Shown piece after piece: positions 1 to 9,422 of a stretch of 64,000 nt of DNA (its first letter is position 1; the number at the start of each line of letters is the position of its first letter). The stretch is taken from positions 15,080 through 79,079 of the forward strand of contig CANTCS010000002.1 of the NCBI GenBank assembly GCA_947652375.1, in the 5' to 3' direction. Made by a program: the position numbers and the translations under genes. The notes under the pieces were generated by a model. The model saw nothing but the letters and a program-made list of their open reading frames with translations. It had not been told where the DNA came from and made no database searches. The DNA is from an uncultured Mollicutes bacterium. Lineage in GTDB: Bacteria > Bacillota_I > Bacilli_A > RF39 > UBA660.

Positions 1-2570
1 CCATACCAATCTGCAGCTTTAGTATAAACTAAGTCTGTAACTACTACAGGACAATCTAAATATTCTTTTCCATCATCACTTTTTACACGAGGAGAAAATG
101 GTATACCACCAGTATCAGGAATTACTTCAACTATTTCACACATATTAGCAATTTTATTAGTATTCTCGACTACTATTTTGTATGCTAAGTCTTTTGAAAG
201 AAAATTAAAGTCTTCAAGCATTTCATCTGTAGTTCTAAAATGGTTTGATGGTATTTCTTTAATATTATTTCTAGCTAATGGATGACGTCCTCCTCCAGGA
301 ACTTTTTGATTAACTATAATTTCTCTAAAAATTTTATCATCTTTTTTCAAATGATGAACATCTCCTGTTGCTACTATAATTTTTCCTGCTTCTTCAGTAA
401 CACGAATTATCTTTTCGATATTGGCGGCAACTTCAACTTTTGTTCCAAAATCTCCACTTTGAACTAAATGGTCATAGCAGTCTATTGGTTGGACTTCTAC
501 ATAATCATAAAATCTGATAATATTAGAAAGTTCATCATCACTTTTTGATTTAGCTTGTCTAAAAACTTCACTTTCGTAACAACCACTACCTACTAGTAGT
601 CCTTCACGATATTTATTTATTACACTTCTTAAAATTCTAGGTGTTTTGTATAAGTAAGTAGTATTAGCTAGAGATACTATAGTGAAAAGATTCTTTAATC
701 CTACTTTATTTTTTACTAACAAATTTATGTGATGTGCACGACCATATTTATGAATTTCATCTTTACTTACTAAGTTAGATAAGTCACACATTTTTTCTAT
801 GTTACGATTTGATAATTTTTTTAGCATTTTATAAAAAACTAAAGCTGTTCCTTCAGCATCATAATCTCCTCTATGATGAGCTGACTCATCCCATGGTACT
901 TCATATCTTTTTACTAAGGCTGATAATGAATGTCTTGCATAATTATTATCTAATGTTCTTGATAATTCTAATGTATCGATTACAGGATTTGTAAATTTGC
1001 CTAAATTATATTTTTTATAAGCCATTTCCAAGAATGATACATCAAACTTTGCATTATGAGCAACCATTGGACAATCCCCAAACCACTCAATGAAACGTTT
1101 AACAGCATTTTCTTCATTATCTTTTCCTTCTAACATTGTATCTGTGATATTTGTTACTTCAACAATTTTTTGAGGAAGTGGTCTGCCTGGATAAATTAGT
1201 TCATCATATTTTTCAATAATCATACCATCTTTTATTTTAACAGCACCTATTTCAATAATAGAATCCGCTCCACCAGCATTAAAACCAGTTGTTTCAAAAT
1301 CGAAAACAACATAAGTTTGATCTAACATAATCTCATCATTAGGTCGTATAACGATATCTACTTCATCATCTATCATTACTAATTCTGAACCATAAATAGC
1401 TTTAAATGGAAGTTCTCCTTCTTTTAAGTTTTTATTATGACCTGTTACCATATTAAAAACATGGGGAAAACCTTGAACACCATTATGATCAGTAATTGCT
1501 ACTGCACTCATTCCAAACTTCATTGCTTGTTTTATAATGTCACACTCATCAGCTACTCCATCCATTTGACTCATTTTTGTATGACAATGAAGTTCTACTC
1601 TTTTTTCTTCTGCTGTATCTGATATACTACTTTCATTTTTCTCAATTTTTATGATATCTCGTGCATTTAACACTAATTCTTTAGCAAATTGATCATTTTT
1701 AGTATATCCTCTTATTTTGTACCAAGTACCTACTGTTAACTCATTACATAGTCTTTTATATTCCTCATTTTCTCTAACAAACACTTTACAATAAATACTA
1801 TCAGAAAAATCAGTAACTTTTAAAGTAATAATTTTAAAATCTGTTTTAGTTGATTCAAAATAGTCTGTACCAAAAACTTTGGCTTCTATTACAACATTAT
1901 TATCTTCTCCTATTAATGTCTTTATTTTAATTGGCTCTTCTTTTATTCCTCTTCCAATAACATTATTAGGATCTTTTGCTTCTTTACGGTATTGTTTTTT
2001 TTCCTTTAATGGTGTTTCTTGTTTTTCTGATTTCTTTGGTAATTGTGGTTCTATTTCAACATTATTTAATTCATTTTGGATTTCTTCTAATATATTTTCT
2101 TTTTTTCTTGCTATCACTTCAATATTAAAACAATATCCTAATCTTTTATAAAAAGTAGTGATTTTTGGAAGACATTTTTCTAATCTTTCTTTCTCTATTT
2201 CGTTATTTGTAACAAGTATTAAAAAATCACTTTCTATTTTCATACAGTCTTCATAAATTTCTAAGACATGTAACTCTTCTTTTAAGTCTTTTAATAATAA
2301 TTGATAATAGCTTAAGTATATTTCATTAACAGGATTATTGATTGTAAAAATAAAATTGATTTCACTAGCAGAAGAATCTAGTAACAGTTTCTTATTTTCT
2401 AATTCTTCTAAAATATCAACAGGGAGTAAATTTTCTTTTTCAATAAATATATTCCAACTATTATTTTGTGAATTAATTTTTATTTTTGTTAGTTTAGCAT
2501 CTAAAAAATATTGATAACTATTTTCATCAATATTAATTTTTTGCAATAATATTTTTATTTTATTCTCCAT
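1..2570 (-). CDS. polC: DNA polymerase III alpha subunit, PolC type (N-terminal ~856 codons; the rest lies beyond the left window edge)
   Basis: This gene is not in the ORF track because it runs off the window. My minus-strand translation from ATG 2570..2568 (GGGGGA RBS upstream) reads MENKIKILLQKINIDENSYQYF... and stays open to position 1. It contains the PHP motif VELHCHTKMSQMDG and the exonuclease motifs VVFDFETTGF and MVAHNAKFDVSFL. Confidence 0.9.
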   Translation of the reverse strand, partial: MENKIKILLQKINIDENSYQYFLDAKLTKIKINSQNNSWNIFIEKENLLPVDILEELENKKLLLDSSASEINFIFTINNPVNEIYLSYYQLLLKDLKEELHVLEIYEDCMKIESDFLILVTNNEIEKERLEKCLPKITTFYKRLGYCFNIEVIARKKENILEEIQNELNNVEIEPQLPKKSEKQETPLKEKKQYRKEAKDPNNVIGRGIKEEPIKIKTLIGEDNNVVIEAKVFGTDYFESTKTDFKIITLKVTDFSDSIYCKVFVRENEEYKRLCNELTVGTWYKIRGYTKNDQFAKELVLNARDIIKIEKNESSISDTAEEKRVELHCHTKMSQMDGVADECDIIKQAMKFGMSAVAITDHNGVQGFPHVFNMVTGHNKNLKEGELPFKAIYGSELVMIDDEVDIVIRPNDEIMLDQTYVVFDFETTGFNAGGADSIIEIGAVKIKDGMIIEKYDELIYPGRPLPQKIVEVTNITDTMLEGKDNEENAVKRFIEWFGDCPMVAHNAKFDVSFLEMAYKKYNLGKFTNPVIDTLELSRTLDNNYARHSLSALVKRYEVPWDESAHHRGDYDAEGTALVFYKMLKKLSNRNIEKMCDLSNLVSKDEIHKYGRAHHINLLVKNKVGLKNLFTIVSLANTTYLYKTPRILRSVINKYREGLLVGSGCYESEVFRQAKSKSDDELSNIIRFYDYVEVQPIDCYDHLVQSGDFGTKVEVAANIEKIIRVTEEAGKIIVATGDVHHLKKDDKIFREIIVNQKVPGGGRHPLARNNIKEIPSNHFRTTDEMLEDFNFLSKDLAYKIVVENTNKIANMCEIVEVIPDTGGIPFSPRVKSDDGKEYLDCPVVVTDLVYTKAADWY

Positions 2571-2591
2571 ATAATCCCCCTAGATTTGTTT

Positions 2592-3416
2592 TTAAATTAC
2601 TTCTTCTTTTGTTTTTTTTATGATAGTACTTTCATTTTTTATGCAAAAATCTATAAACTCTTCAAGATTCATTTCTTGTAATTCTTTATTATAAGTTATT
2701 TTATTGATGTCAAAGTCAATCTTATCGCGCATCATATAGCTATTAAGATTTTCTTTTTTTACTCCTAAATACATTAACCAATATGGGTATAGTTGCCTTT
2801 TTAAGGCTAATAAATCTGGTTTACCAATAAGATAACAACTACGATTGTAAATTCTAGTTGCGTATTCGTTTAAAACAGCTAATTCAATAATTGCATTTTT
2901 GAATTTTTTATTTTCCTCTGGATATTTTTTTAAATTATTGGAAATAATTTTCATGTTTATTTCAAGTAATAAATTTAAGGGTGCTTTCTTATTGATACTT
3001 TTTCCAATTACTAAACTAGATTTTACAGGATGATCAATAACATTTAATTCTTTACAGACGATAAAAAAAGTATAATTAGGTAATTCTTTTCTTATTATCT
3101 CATTTAAAAGATGATCGGTTTCTTTCTGATTTTTATCCCATAATTTCATAATTTCTATTCGATATTTTTCGGCTTGTTTTTTTATTTTATCGTATTCCTT
3201 TTTTTCGATAACAATATTATAAATAGTATCGTTACTAGGTATAAAATTTTTATAATCTTTCAAAATAGATATTTTGTCTTTAAAAGTTAGATTATATTCA
3301 TTACGATAAGTTTCCCATAGATATTGCTTAATTTTATAAATATTTTCTGAAATTGATGCTTGAAATAATAAGTTCCATATCAAAGCATAATCATTTACAA
3401 TAAATTTTGTTTTCAT
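2592..3416 (-). CDS. hypothetical protein
   Basis: Track ORF 2592..3428. I prefer the internal ATG (MKTKFIVNDY...) because it lies behind a GAGTGGTG RBS-like element. I recognise no family. Confidence 0.5.
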   Translation of the reverse strand: MKTKFIVNDYALIWNLLFQASISENIYKIKQYLWETYRNEYNLTFKDKISILKDYKNFIPSNDTIYNIVIEKKEYDKIKKQAEKYRIEIMKLWDKNQKETDHLLNEIIRKELPNYTFFIVCKELNVIDHPVKSSLVIGKSINKKAPLNLLLEINMKIISNNLKKYPEENKKFKNAIIELAVLNEYATRIYNRSCYLIGKPDLLALKRQLYPYWLMYLGVKKENLNSYMMRDKIDFDINKITYNKELQEMNLEEFIDFCIKNESTIIKKTKEEVI

Positions 3417-3485
3417 CACTAACACCACTCTTAAATATATAATACCAAAAAAAAAGTAAAAGTTGAATAGGAACTTTTACTTTTA

Positions 3486-4382
3486 TTAAATTCTTTGATA
3501 AATAAAATATACTGCTACCGCTATTACTGCTAAAATAAGAATAAAAATGAAAAATTTTAAACCTAGAGGTAAACTTTTTTCTTTAAAATCATCACTTAAG
3601 TCAAAGTCTTTATCGGATAAATCCATGCTCCTAGTATAAAAATCCTGATCAGCATCTTTTATACTTTTAGCGGTTTTTTCTAATTCTTTTTCTTTCATTT
3701 GTTCTACTTTTTTAATTTGTTCTTGATCTAATATTTCTTTAGATAATGAAAGTTTTTCATCAATCTCTTCATTTGATATTTCTTTAGATGGTTTTTCTAC
3801 TTTATCTAATAAATTAGTTGCCATTAAATCACTTAATAAATCAATACTTGTTGCTTTATCTATTTCACCAGCTAGCGTTTTTGATGTAATTGTGTCAATA
3901 AGTTCTCTAATTTCTTCTTCATTTGGTTTTTCAATTCTTTTTTTCTTTGCTTCACGATATTTTTCTAATTCTTCAGCATTTAAGCCAGCTAGAATATTGT
4001 AACTTGTATTTTTTAATTTTCTTTTTTCTTCTAAAAGATCTTTTTCTTCTCTATTTTTTCGTGCTTCTTCTAAAACACTATTAATATCATAAACTTTATT
4101 TTCTTTTGTTTTATATATATATTTTACATCTTCTAATTCTTTTTTACTGCGAGGAATATACTCTAAATTTTGATATTTTTTCATTTTTTGATAATTCTCT
4201 CGTGATTTTATTGAATTATTTTTAGGATTTATTTCAAAGGCATTAGCATTTGTTACATCGGAGATATTAGTAAATCTTGTATTAGTGGAAACATTTTGAT
4301 ATAGCTCTTGATTTTTTTCTGATCTTTTTAAATGTTGATTAGTTTCATCATTGTAGCGATCCATACGTCTCATACTATTCAC
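3486..4382 (-). CDS. hypothetical charged coiled-coil protein with a C-terminal transmembrane anchor
   Basis: Track ORF of 298 aa. The body is rich in Lys and Glu. The only hydrophobic segment is at the extreme C-terminus (LGLKFFIFILILAVIAVAVYFIY). Confidence 0.55.
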   Translation of the reverse strand: MNSMRRMDRYNDETNQHLKRSEKNQELYQNVSTNTRFTNISDVTNANAFEINPKNNSIKSRENYQKMKKYQNLEYIPRSKKELEDVKYIYKTKENKVYDINSVLEEARKNREEKDLLEEKRKLKNTSYNILAGLNAEELEKYREAKKKRIEKPNEEEIRELIDTITSKTLAGEIDKATSIDLLSDLMATNLLDKVEKPSKEISNEEIDEKLSLSKEILDQEQIKKVEQMKEKELEKTAKSIKDADQDFYTRSMDLSDKDFDLSDDFKEKSLPLGLKFFIFILILAVIAVAVYFIYQRI

Positions 4383-4475
4383 CTTCTTATATTCTTATAT
4401 TATTTTAACATAAGTACTGTAAAAACTAAAGTAATTAAAGTTTGGGTTTACGTAAATATATTGAGGTAAAATAAT

Positions 4476-4907
4476 TTAGTTTTTTTCTAAAAATTCTAAA
4501 CATTTTTTGTATTTTTCTACTCTTTTTAAATCTTTTTCTGAAACCTTATCTAAGCGAGATAAGTCTAAATTGTGTTTTAAATCGACTATTTTTACATCTT
4601 TTGCTATTTCATTTTTAGAAAGATTTTTTATATATTGAAAATAATCTATGTTTTTATCATGCTTTAGTAATATTAAAGCTTCAATTATTTCATTATCAAA
4701 ATTTTCTTTTTCTAATTCTTTTACAGAAGTATTGGTATCTTCTAAAATATCATGTAGAAGAGCAACAACAATTCTTTTTTCTTCCTCTAATTGTTCTGCT
4801 ATATGCCAAGGATGAAAAATATATGGAATATTACCTTTATCTATTTGATTTTGATGTTTTTTATACATAAACTTAATTGCTTTTTTTGTGTTTTTTGTAT
4901 ATAGCAT
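4476..4907 (-). CDS. HD-domain protein, RelA/SpoT-type (p)ppGpp hydrolase-like (small alarmone hydrolase)
   Basis: Motifs H-PWHIAEQL and ALLHDILEDT are typical of the SpoT/Mesh1 HD hydrolase domain. The 143-aa protein has no synthetase domain. Confidence 0.7.
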   Translation of the reverse strand: MLYTKNTKKAIKFMYKKHQNQIDKGNIPYIFHPWHIAEQLEEEKRIVVALLHDILEDTNTSVKELEKENFDNEIIEALILLKHDKNIDYFQYIKNLSKNEIAKDVKIVDLKHNLDLSRLDKVSEKDLKRVEKYKKCLEFLEKN

Positions 4908-5024
4908 ATTATTACCTCTTTCATATTTTTAGAATATCATAAAAAAGTAGTTTAAAACAGTTTAAAATAAATCTTTACGTAAAACTTTTTTTTAGATATA
5001 ATAATTTTGAAAGGAATGAGATAA

Positions 5025-5228
5025 ATGAAAGTTAAAGTTAAGCAAGAAGCTTGTATTGGTTGTGGTGCTTGTACAGCTGCTGCAGATGAATTATTTAAAA
5101 TCAATGAAGAGGGAGTTTCAGTTGCTACTACATCAGTTGTTCCTGATGAGTTAATTGATAAAGCAAAGGATGCGATTCAAAGTTGTCCTACAGATGCAAT
5201 TGTTGAAGTTAGTGAAGATAATGAGTAA
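5025..5228 (+). CDS. ferredoxin (single 4Fe-4S cluster type)
   Basis: The 67-aa protein carries CIGCGAC...CP cluster ligands. An AGGAA-type RBS lies upstream. Confidence 0.85.
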   Translation: MKVKVKQEACIGCGACTAAADELFKINEEGVSVATTSVVPDELIDKAKDAIQSCPTDAIVEVSEDNE

Positions 5229-5230
5229 TA

Positions 5231-5257
5231 AAAAAGAAGATGACATCTTCTTTTTTC
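5231..5257 (+). terminator. intrinsic terminator after the ferredoxin gene
   Basis: AGAAGA-TGACA-TCTTCT hairpin followed by a T-run. Confidence 0.6.
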
Positions 5258-5379
5258 TTTTTTAAAATCTCAACCGCACCATTTTATTTATATTTTAATT
5301 TTATATCATATGTACATTTAAAGTTAGATTTTTACATATATTATTTTACACTTTTTGTACAATTTTTATATTAATTTTT

Positions 5380-6114
5380 TTATTTTTTGTAACTATAGAT
5401 TATTTGAACTTCTTTTGGGGTCAACTTACGATAATTTCCTGAGTTTAAATTTTTTATCTCAAATATTCCAATTCTTTTTCTAGTTAATTTTATAACAGAA
5501 AAGCCTACAGCTTCAAACATTTTTTTTACTTGATGATTTTTTCCTTCATGAATTGTTATTTCTACTAAACAAGTATTGGCTTCTTTATTAATCTTTTTTA
5601 ATTTAACACGACTAGCATGAACTTCTATATTATCTATTTTAACACCTGTTTTTAGCTTATTAATTTCTTCTCCTTTAATTATTCCTTCCAACTTTGCTAG
5701 ATAAACCTTATCTATTTCACTTGTTGGATGCATTATGATATTTGCAAAATCTCCATCATTTGTTAGTAGAAGTGCTCCTGTGGTATCATAATCTAATCTT
5801 CCTACTGGGTAAATTCTAGCAGTAGTATTAATTAAGTCTATAACAGTTTTTCTATATTTATCATCTTGGGTTGAGGTGATTACACCTCGTGGTTTATTTA
5901 ATAAATAATACTCTTTATTTTCTTTTTCTAAGATTTTATTATCTACTTCTATTCTATCACTTTCAGAAACTTTTAGACCTAATTCTTGAATTGTTTTACC
6001 ATTTACTTTTACTTTTCCTAATTTTATTAATTCCTCTGCTTTTCTTCGAGAAGTTAATCCTGATTTTGCTATTACTTTTTGAAGTCTTTCCACATTCTCA
6101 CCTCTTTTATTCAT
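5380..6114 (-). CDS. rluB: pseudouridine synthase, RsuA/RluB family
   Basis: N-terminal S4 domain (LQKVIAKSGLTSRRKAEELIKLGKVKVNGK) and catalytic motif GRLDYDTTGALLLTNDG. Confidence 0.85.
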   Translation of the reverse strand: MNKRGENVERLQKVIAKSGLTSRRKAEELIKLGKVKVNGKTIQELGLKVSESDRIEVDNKILEKENKEYYLLNKPRGVITSTQDDKYRKTVIDLINTTARIYPVGRLDYDTTGALLLTNDGDFANIIMHPTSEIDKVYLAKLEGIIKGEEINKLKTGVKIDNIEVHASRVKLKKINKEANTCLVEITIHEGKNHQVKKMFEAVGFSVIKLTRKRIGIFEIKNLNSGNYRKLTPKEVQIIYSYKK

Positions 6115-6541
6115 TTTACTATATATTTAATAATAATTCTATCTTTTATTTTTATTTAATATTTAAAAGCATTTCGCATTGTGTGTTATGCGATTTTATT
6201 TGGTAGACATTAAACAAAAAGACATATAAAAATCAAGAGTAAGAGAATCTAGTTCAATTAAACCCTTGAGTTTTTATATAATTTCAAGTGCAGCACTTTA
6301 TTTAAATTATTTTTTATCATATGCATATTTATAATGTAGTTATTATTTATGAAATAGTTCCTAAAGAAATTTATTAAATTAATGAACAAAATATTATGTC
6401 TTATGATGACTTATTATTTTTTATTTTTGAATCTTTTTCTTAATAAAAAATGAAAGATTTAAATTTTATTTTTATTAAAATATTTATTGTTTAATAACTT
6501 ATTATGAAAATTATCATAAATTATAATGAAGGAGGAGTAAT

Positions 6542-6853
6542 ATGTATAATGATTATTCTATGAATTATCCAAAAATGAATTATCAGCCAATGGATTATCG
6601 TAATTTTAATAGTAACTATTCAATGGATTATCGCAATTATAATTCAGAATATCCAATGGATGATGAAAGATTTTTTTGGGCACCTTTTGTTGTAGGAGGA
6701 CTTGCTGGTACTGCTTTAGGCTTTGGTATTGCTAATAACAATCAATTAAATAATGGTTCTATGCAACCTGTATATCCTGTTTATCCTTATCCAATGTACC
6801 AACCATACCCATCATATCCAACAATTTCAAGTAGTAATAACTATTATTATTAA
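6542..6853 (+). CDS. small Tyr/Asn/Pro-rich protein with one central hydrophobic segment
   Basis: Strong RBS GAAGGAGGAG. Repeated M(N/D)Y..N(F/Y)NS.Y motifs, a TM-like segment FFWAPFVVGGLAGTALGFGIA, and a C-terminal YP-rich tail. Confidence 0.6.
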   Translation: MYNDYSMNYPKMNYQPMDYRNFNSNYSMDYRNYNSEYPMDDERFFWAPFVVGGLAGTALGFGIANNNQLNNGSMQPVYPVYPYPMYQPYPSYPTISSSNNYYY

Positions 6854-6870
6854 AAGTCTTAGGACTTTTT

Positions 6871-8109
6871 TTATATGGGCAAAGTTAAAGTAACTTTTGT
6901 TCCTTGATTTTTTTTAGATTTATAAGATATATTTCCATGATGGAGTTCTACAATTTCTTTAATATATGGAATTCCTACTCCCGAGCCATTTTCTTTTGTT
7001 GTGTAAAACATTTCTTCAATATGATCTAATTCTTTTTTTGTCATACCCATTCCATTATCATTTATAATAATTTTATAATTATTTTTATACTTTTTAACTT
7101 TTATATCTACATTAATAGTATTTTTATTTTTTGATTCTAAGGAATTTTTTATTATATTGACAAATACTTGTTTTAGACGATTATAATCTCCAGATATATA
7201 TAATTCATCCGAGTTTGGAATAGCAATAGTACCATTATTTTCCTTATATAATGGGATAAAAATATCTTTTAAATCATCAAATAACATTGCTAAATCCATT
7301 TCTTCTTTGTCTAGCGTCTTTATTTTCCCTAAGGTTGAGAAATCATTAATAACTGTTAAACTTCTGTTTATCTCTTCTTTTATTATTTTTAAATAGGCCT
7401 CTTTTTTATCTTTAGTAGCATCATTAATCATTTCTAGATATCCATTACATACAGCTAAAGGATTTTTTAATTCATGATTAAGTTTAAAAATAGAGGCTTT
7501 TATTTTTGTTTCCTTATCTAACTTTTTTAAGACTTCTTTTATTCCTAATACTTTTTTATTTTTATCAAAAAAGTATCCTATTAAATTTGTTATTATGATA
7601 AAAAGTAATGTTTGACTAATTAAATATATTATTTCACGGTTTGAAATACTAAGATAATTTTTTTGAAAAAATAGAAAGAGAAGATTTTCAAGATAAAAAA
7701 ATATTGAAAAATTTTGAAAAAATTTGGTTGATTTTTTTGAAAAACAATAAACAGTAAATAGAATTATATATTCTAGTAATAGTAAATAGTTATTTAATAC
7801 AAAATTTGTGGAGAAGAATATTAGTAGCATTACGGTTGTAATAATTGAAGTTTTTTCTTTCTTAGTTACATAACAAATTAACAAAGGAATATTTAAAGTT
7901 ATTAATGTAGAATAATCTATTTTTTTATTTAATATTATTTGTATTAATAAAGATAATATTAATGTTAATGATAATATTATATTATTCTTTTTGCTTTTAT
8001 ATGTATCTGTATAAACAATAAATAATAAATATAAAATAATGGGAAAAAATAAGCAGATTAAATCTAATGTTAAAATTTTTAAATAATTAATAAAATACAT
8101 TTTTATCAC
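6871..8109 (-). CDS. membrane sensor histidine kinase (no response regulator adjacent)
   Basis: Polytopic N-terminal half, H-box HELKNPLAV, N-box and G-box (NIIKNSLES, NDNGMGM, GSGVGIPY). Confidence 0.8.
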   Translation of the reverse strand: MIKMYFINYLKILTLDLICLFFPIILYLLFIVYTDTYKSKKNNIILSLTLILSLLIQIILNKKIDYSTLITLNIPLLICYVTKKEKTSIITTVMLLIFFSTNFVLNNYLLLLEYIILFTVYCFSKKSTKFFQNFSIFFYLENLLFLFFQKNYLSISNREIIYLISQTLLFIIITNLIGYFFDKNKKVLGIKEVLKKLDKETKIKASIFKLNHELKNPLAVCNGYLEMINDATKDKKEAYLKIIKEEINRSLTVINDFSTLGKIKTLDKEEMDLAMLFDDLKDIFIPLYKENNGTIAIPNSDELYISGDYNRLKQVFVNIIKNSLESKNKNTINVDIKVKKYKNNYKIIINDNGMGMTKKELDHIEEMFYTTKENGSGVGIPYIKEIVELHHGNISYKSKKNQGTKVTLTLPI

Positions 8110-8186
8110 CTATTAAAATATTAACATTTTTAAATGTAGAATTTTGTCGAATTTTGTCATAAAAAATAAAAAAATGACTTATAGTG

Positions 8187-8492
8187 TCATTTAATTTCGT
8201 CTATATATTTTTTTAATTGCTTAGATTCTGATCCTAAAATTATTTTTAACTGATTATCTATTTCGACAATTCCTTTAGCTCCTAATTTTTGAATTCCTTC
8301 TTTATTAGCTTTGGAAATATCTTTTAGTGTAACTTTAAAACGTGACATATTTGTTTCAGTTCCAATAATATTTTCTTTTCCTCCTAATAATTCAACTAAT
8401 TTATTAAAATCTAAAGAAGCATCTTTTTTTGTTGCTTTGATAATTGCTAATAAAACAATTATTAGTACAATTGCTATTATAATATATTCCAT
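8187..8492 (-). CDS. membrane-anchored PTS EIIB-like domain protein (degenerate active site)
   Basis: I chose the start at MEYIIIAIVL (GGTGA RBS), internal to track ORF 8187..8546. LVELLGGKENIIGTETNMSRFKVTLKD resembles the glucose-type EIIB motif, but the phospho-Cys position is not Cys. Confidence 0.5.
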   Translation of the reverse strand: MEYIIIAIVLIIVLLAIIKATKKDASLDFNKLVELLGGKENIIGTETNMSRFKVTLKDISKANKEGIQKLGAKGIVEIDNQLKIILGSESKQLKKYIDEIK

Positions 8493-8542
8493 ATAATCAC
8501 CATATCTATTATAACTTATTTTGATAAAAAAGCAAAGTTTAT

Positions 8543-9289
8543 TCAATATATATTTGTTATTTTATTTAATTTTTTTAAAAAATCTTTGCTTTTAAGATAA
8601 AGTCCTGTGTATTTTTCATAATAATCATCTAAAAAACGATTTATCTCAAAAGTTATTTTGTCACTGACATCTAGTTTTGAAATGTTTTTAATATCAACAT
8701 AATAATACATTCTAATCATTTTAATTGTTTTATCGCTTACTAATGCTTCATTATTATAACAATTTTTACAAATATAGCCTCCACTATCGCATGATATGGT
8801 CACTATCGCTTTATCACTTCCACAGTAACTACATGAATCTATATTAGGAGCAACTCCAAGATATTCTAACAATTTTAATTCAAATATGTTTGCTAAGACA
8901 ATTGGTGAGTGTCCCTCTTCAATTTTTAATAAGGTATCTTTTATTAAATCAAAAATATCTTCTTCTTTATTTTGTCTTAAAACTTGCAGTGATATATCTA
9001 AAATAAAAGATGAATAGGAAATTTTTTCTAAATCGGTTAGTGTATTAGGAAAAGAATTTAAAACATCAACACTTATAAGTGTTGAAAGATTATTTTCTTT
9101 AAAATAAATATTAAATTTACCATAAATTAATTTTCTACTAACGCCTCGAAGTTTACTTTTCATTTTGCGACAGCCTTTAGATAAAATACCAATTAGACCA
9201 TGTTCTTTTGTTATTACATTTAAAATTTTGCTTGACTCACTATAATTGGTTTCGCTTAAAATTATTCCCTCGAAGCATTCAATTTTCAT
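8543..9289 (-). CDS. recO: DNA repair protein RecO
   Basis: 248 aa with an N-terminal OB-fold-like region and a central Cys-x2-Cys...Cys-x2-Cys zinc motif. It sits in the conserved position after era and yqzL. Confidence 0.85.
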   Translation of the reverse strand: MKIECFEGIILSETNYSESSKILNVITKEHGLIGILSKGCRKMKSKLRGVSRKLIYGKFNIYFKENNLSTLISVDVLNSFPNTLTDLEKISYSSFILDISLQVLRQNKEEDIFDLIKDTLLKIEEGHSPIVLANIFELKLLEYLGVAPNIDSCSYCGSDKAIVTISCDSGGYICKNCYNNEALVSDKTIKMIRMYYYVDIKNISKLDVSDKITFEINRFLDDYYEKYTGLYLKSKDFLKKLNKITNIY

Positions 9290-9294
9290 TTATA

Positions 9295-9381
9295 TCACAC
9301 TTTCTTTATTTGCTTTAATAAATTATAATATTTGATATCTCCAGTTTTTATAAATAATTGCCATAAAATATCATTTTTCAT
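9295..9381 (-). CDS. yqzL: YqzL-family small protein (28 aa)
   Basis: Not in the ORF track. My translation is MKNDILWQLFIKTGDIKYYNLLKQIKKV, behind a GAGGTGA RBS. It lies between era and recO as yqzL does in Bacillus. Confidence 0.55.
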   Translation of the reverse strand: MKNDILWQLFIKTGDIKYYNLLKQIKKV

Positions 9382-9422
9382 AAAATCACCTCTATTAATA
9401 TAGTGGTAAGATTTTAATTTTT

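Noticed and set aside
282-2151. Plus-strand ORFs of 61-90 aa in the track (282..467, 809..994, 1437..1622, 1879..2151).
   Set aside because: They lie antisense to the continuous, motif-rich polC frame. They have low-complexity Phe/Ile/Leu/Ser-rich products and no RBS. They are typical shadow ORFs.
5889-6206. Plus-strand 105-aa ORF overlapping the rluB 5' end.
   Set aside because: It is antisense to a well-supported gene. Its product is a Leu/Phe/Ile low-complexity string.
6165-6300. Small hairpins (TCGCAT/ATGCGA plus a T-run; CAAG/CTTG plus a T-run) that could delimit a plus-strand sRNA upstream of rluB.
   Set aside because: The stems are short (4-6 bp) in AT-rich DNA, where such pairings arise by chance. 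There is no promoter or conservation evidence.
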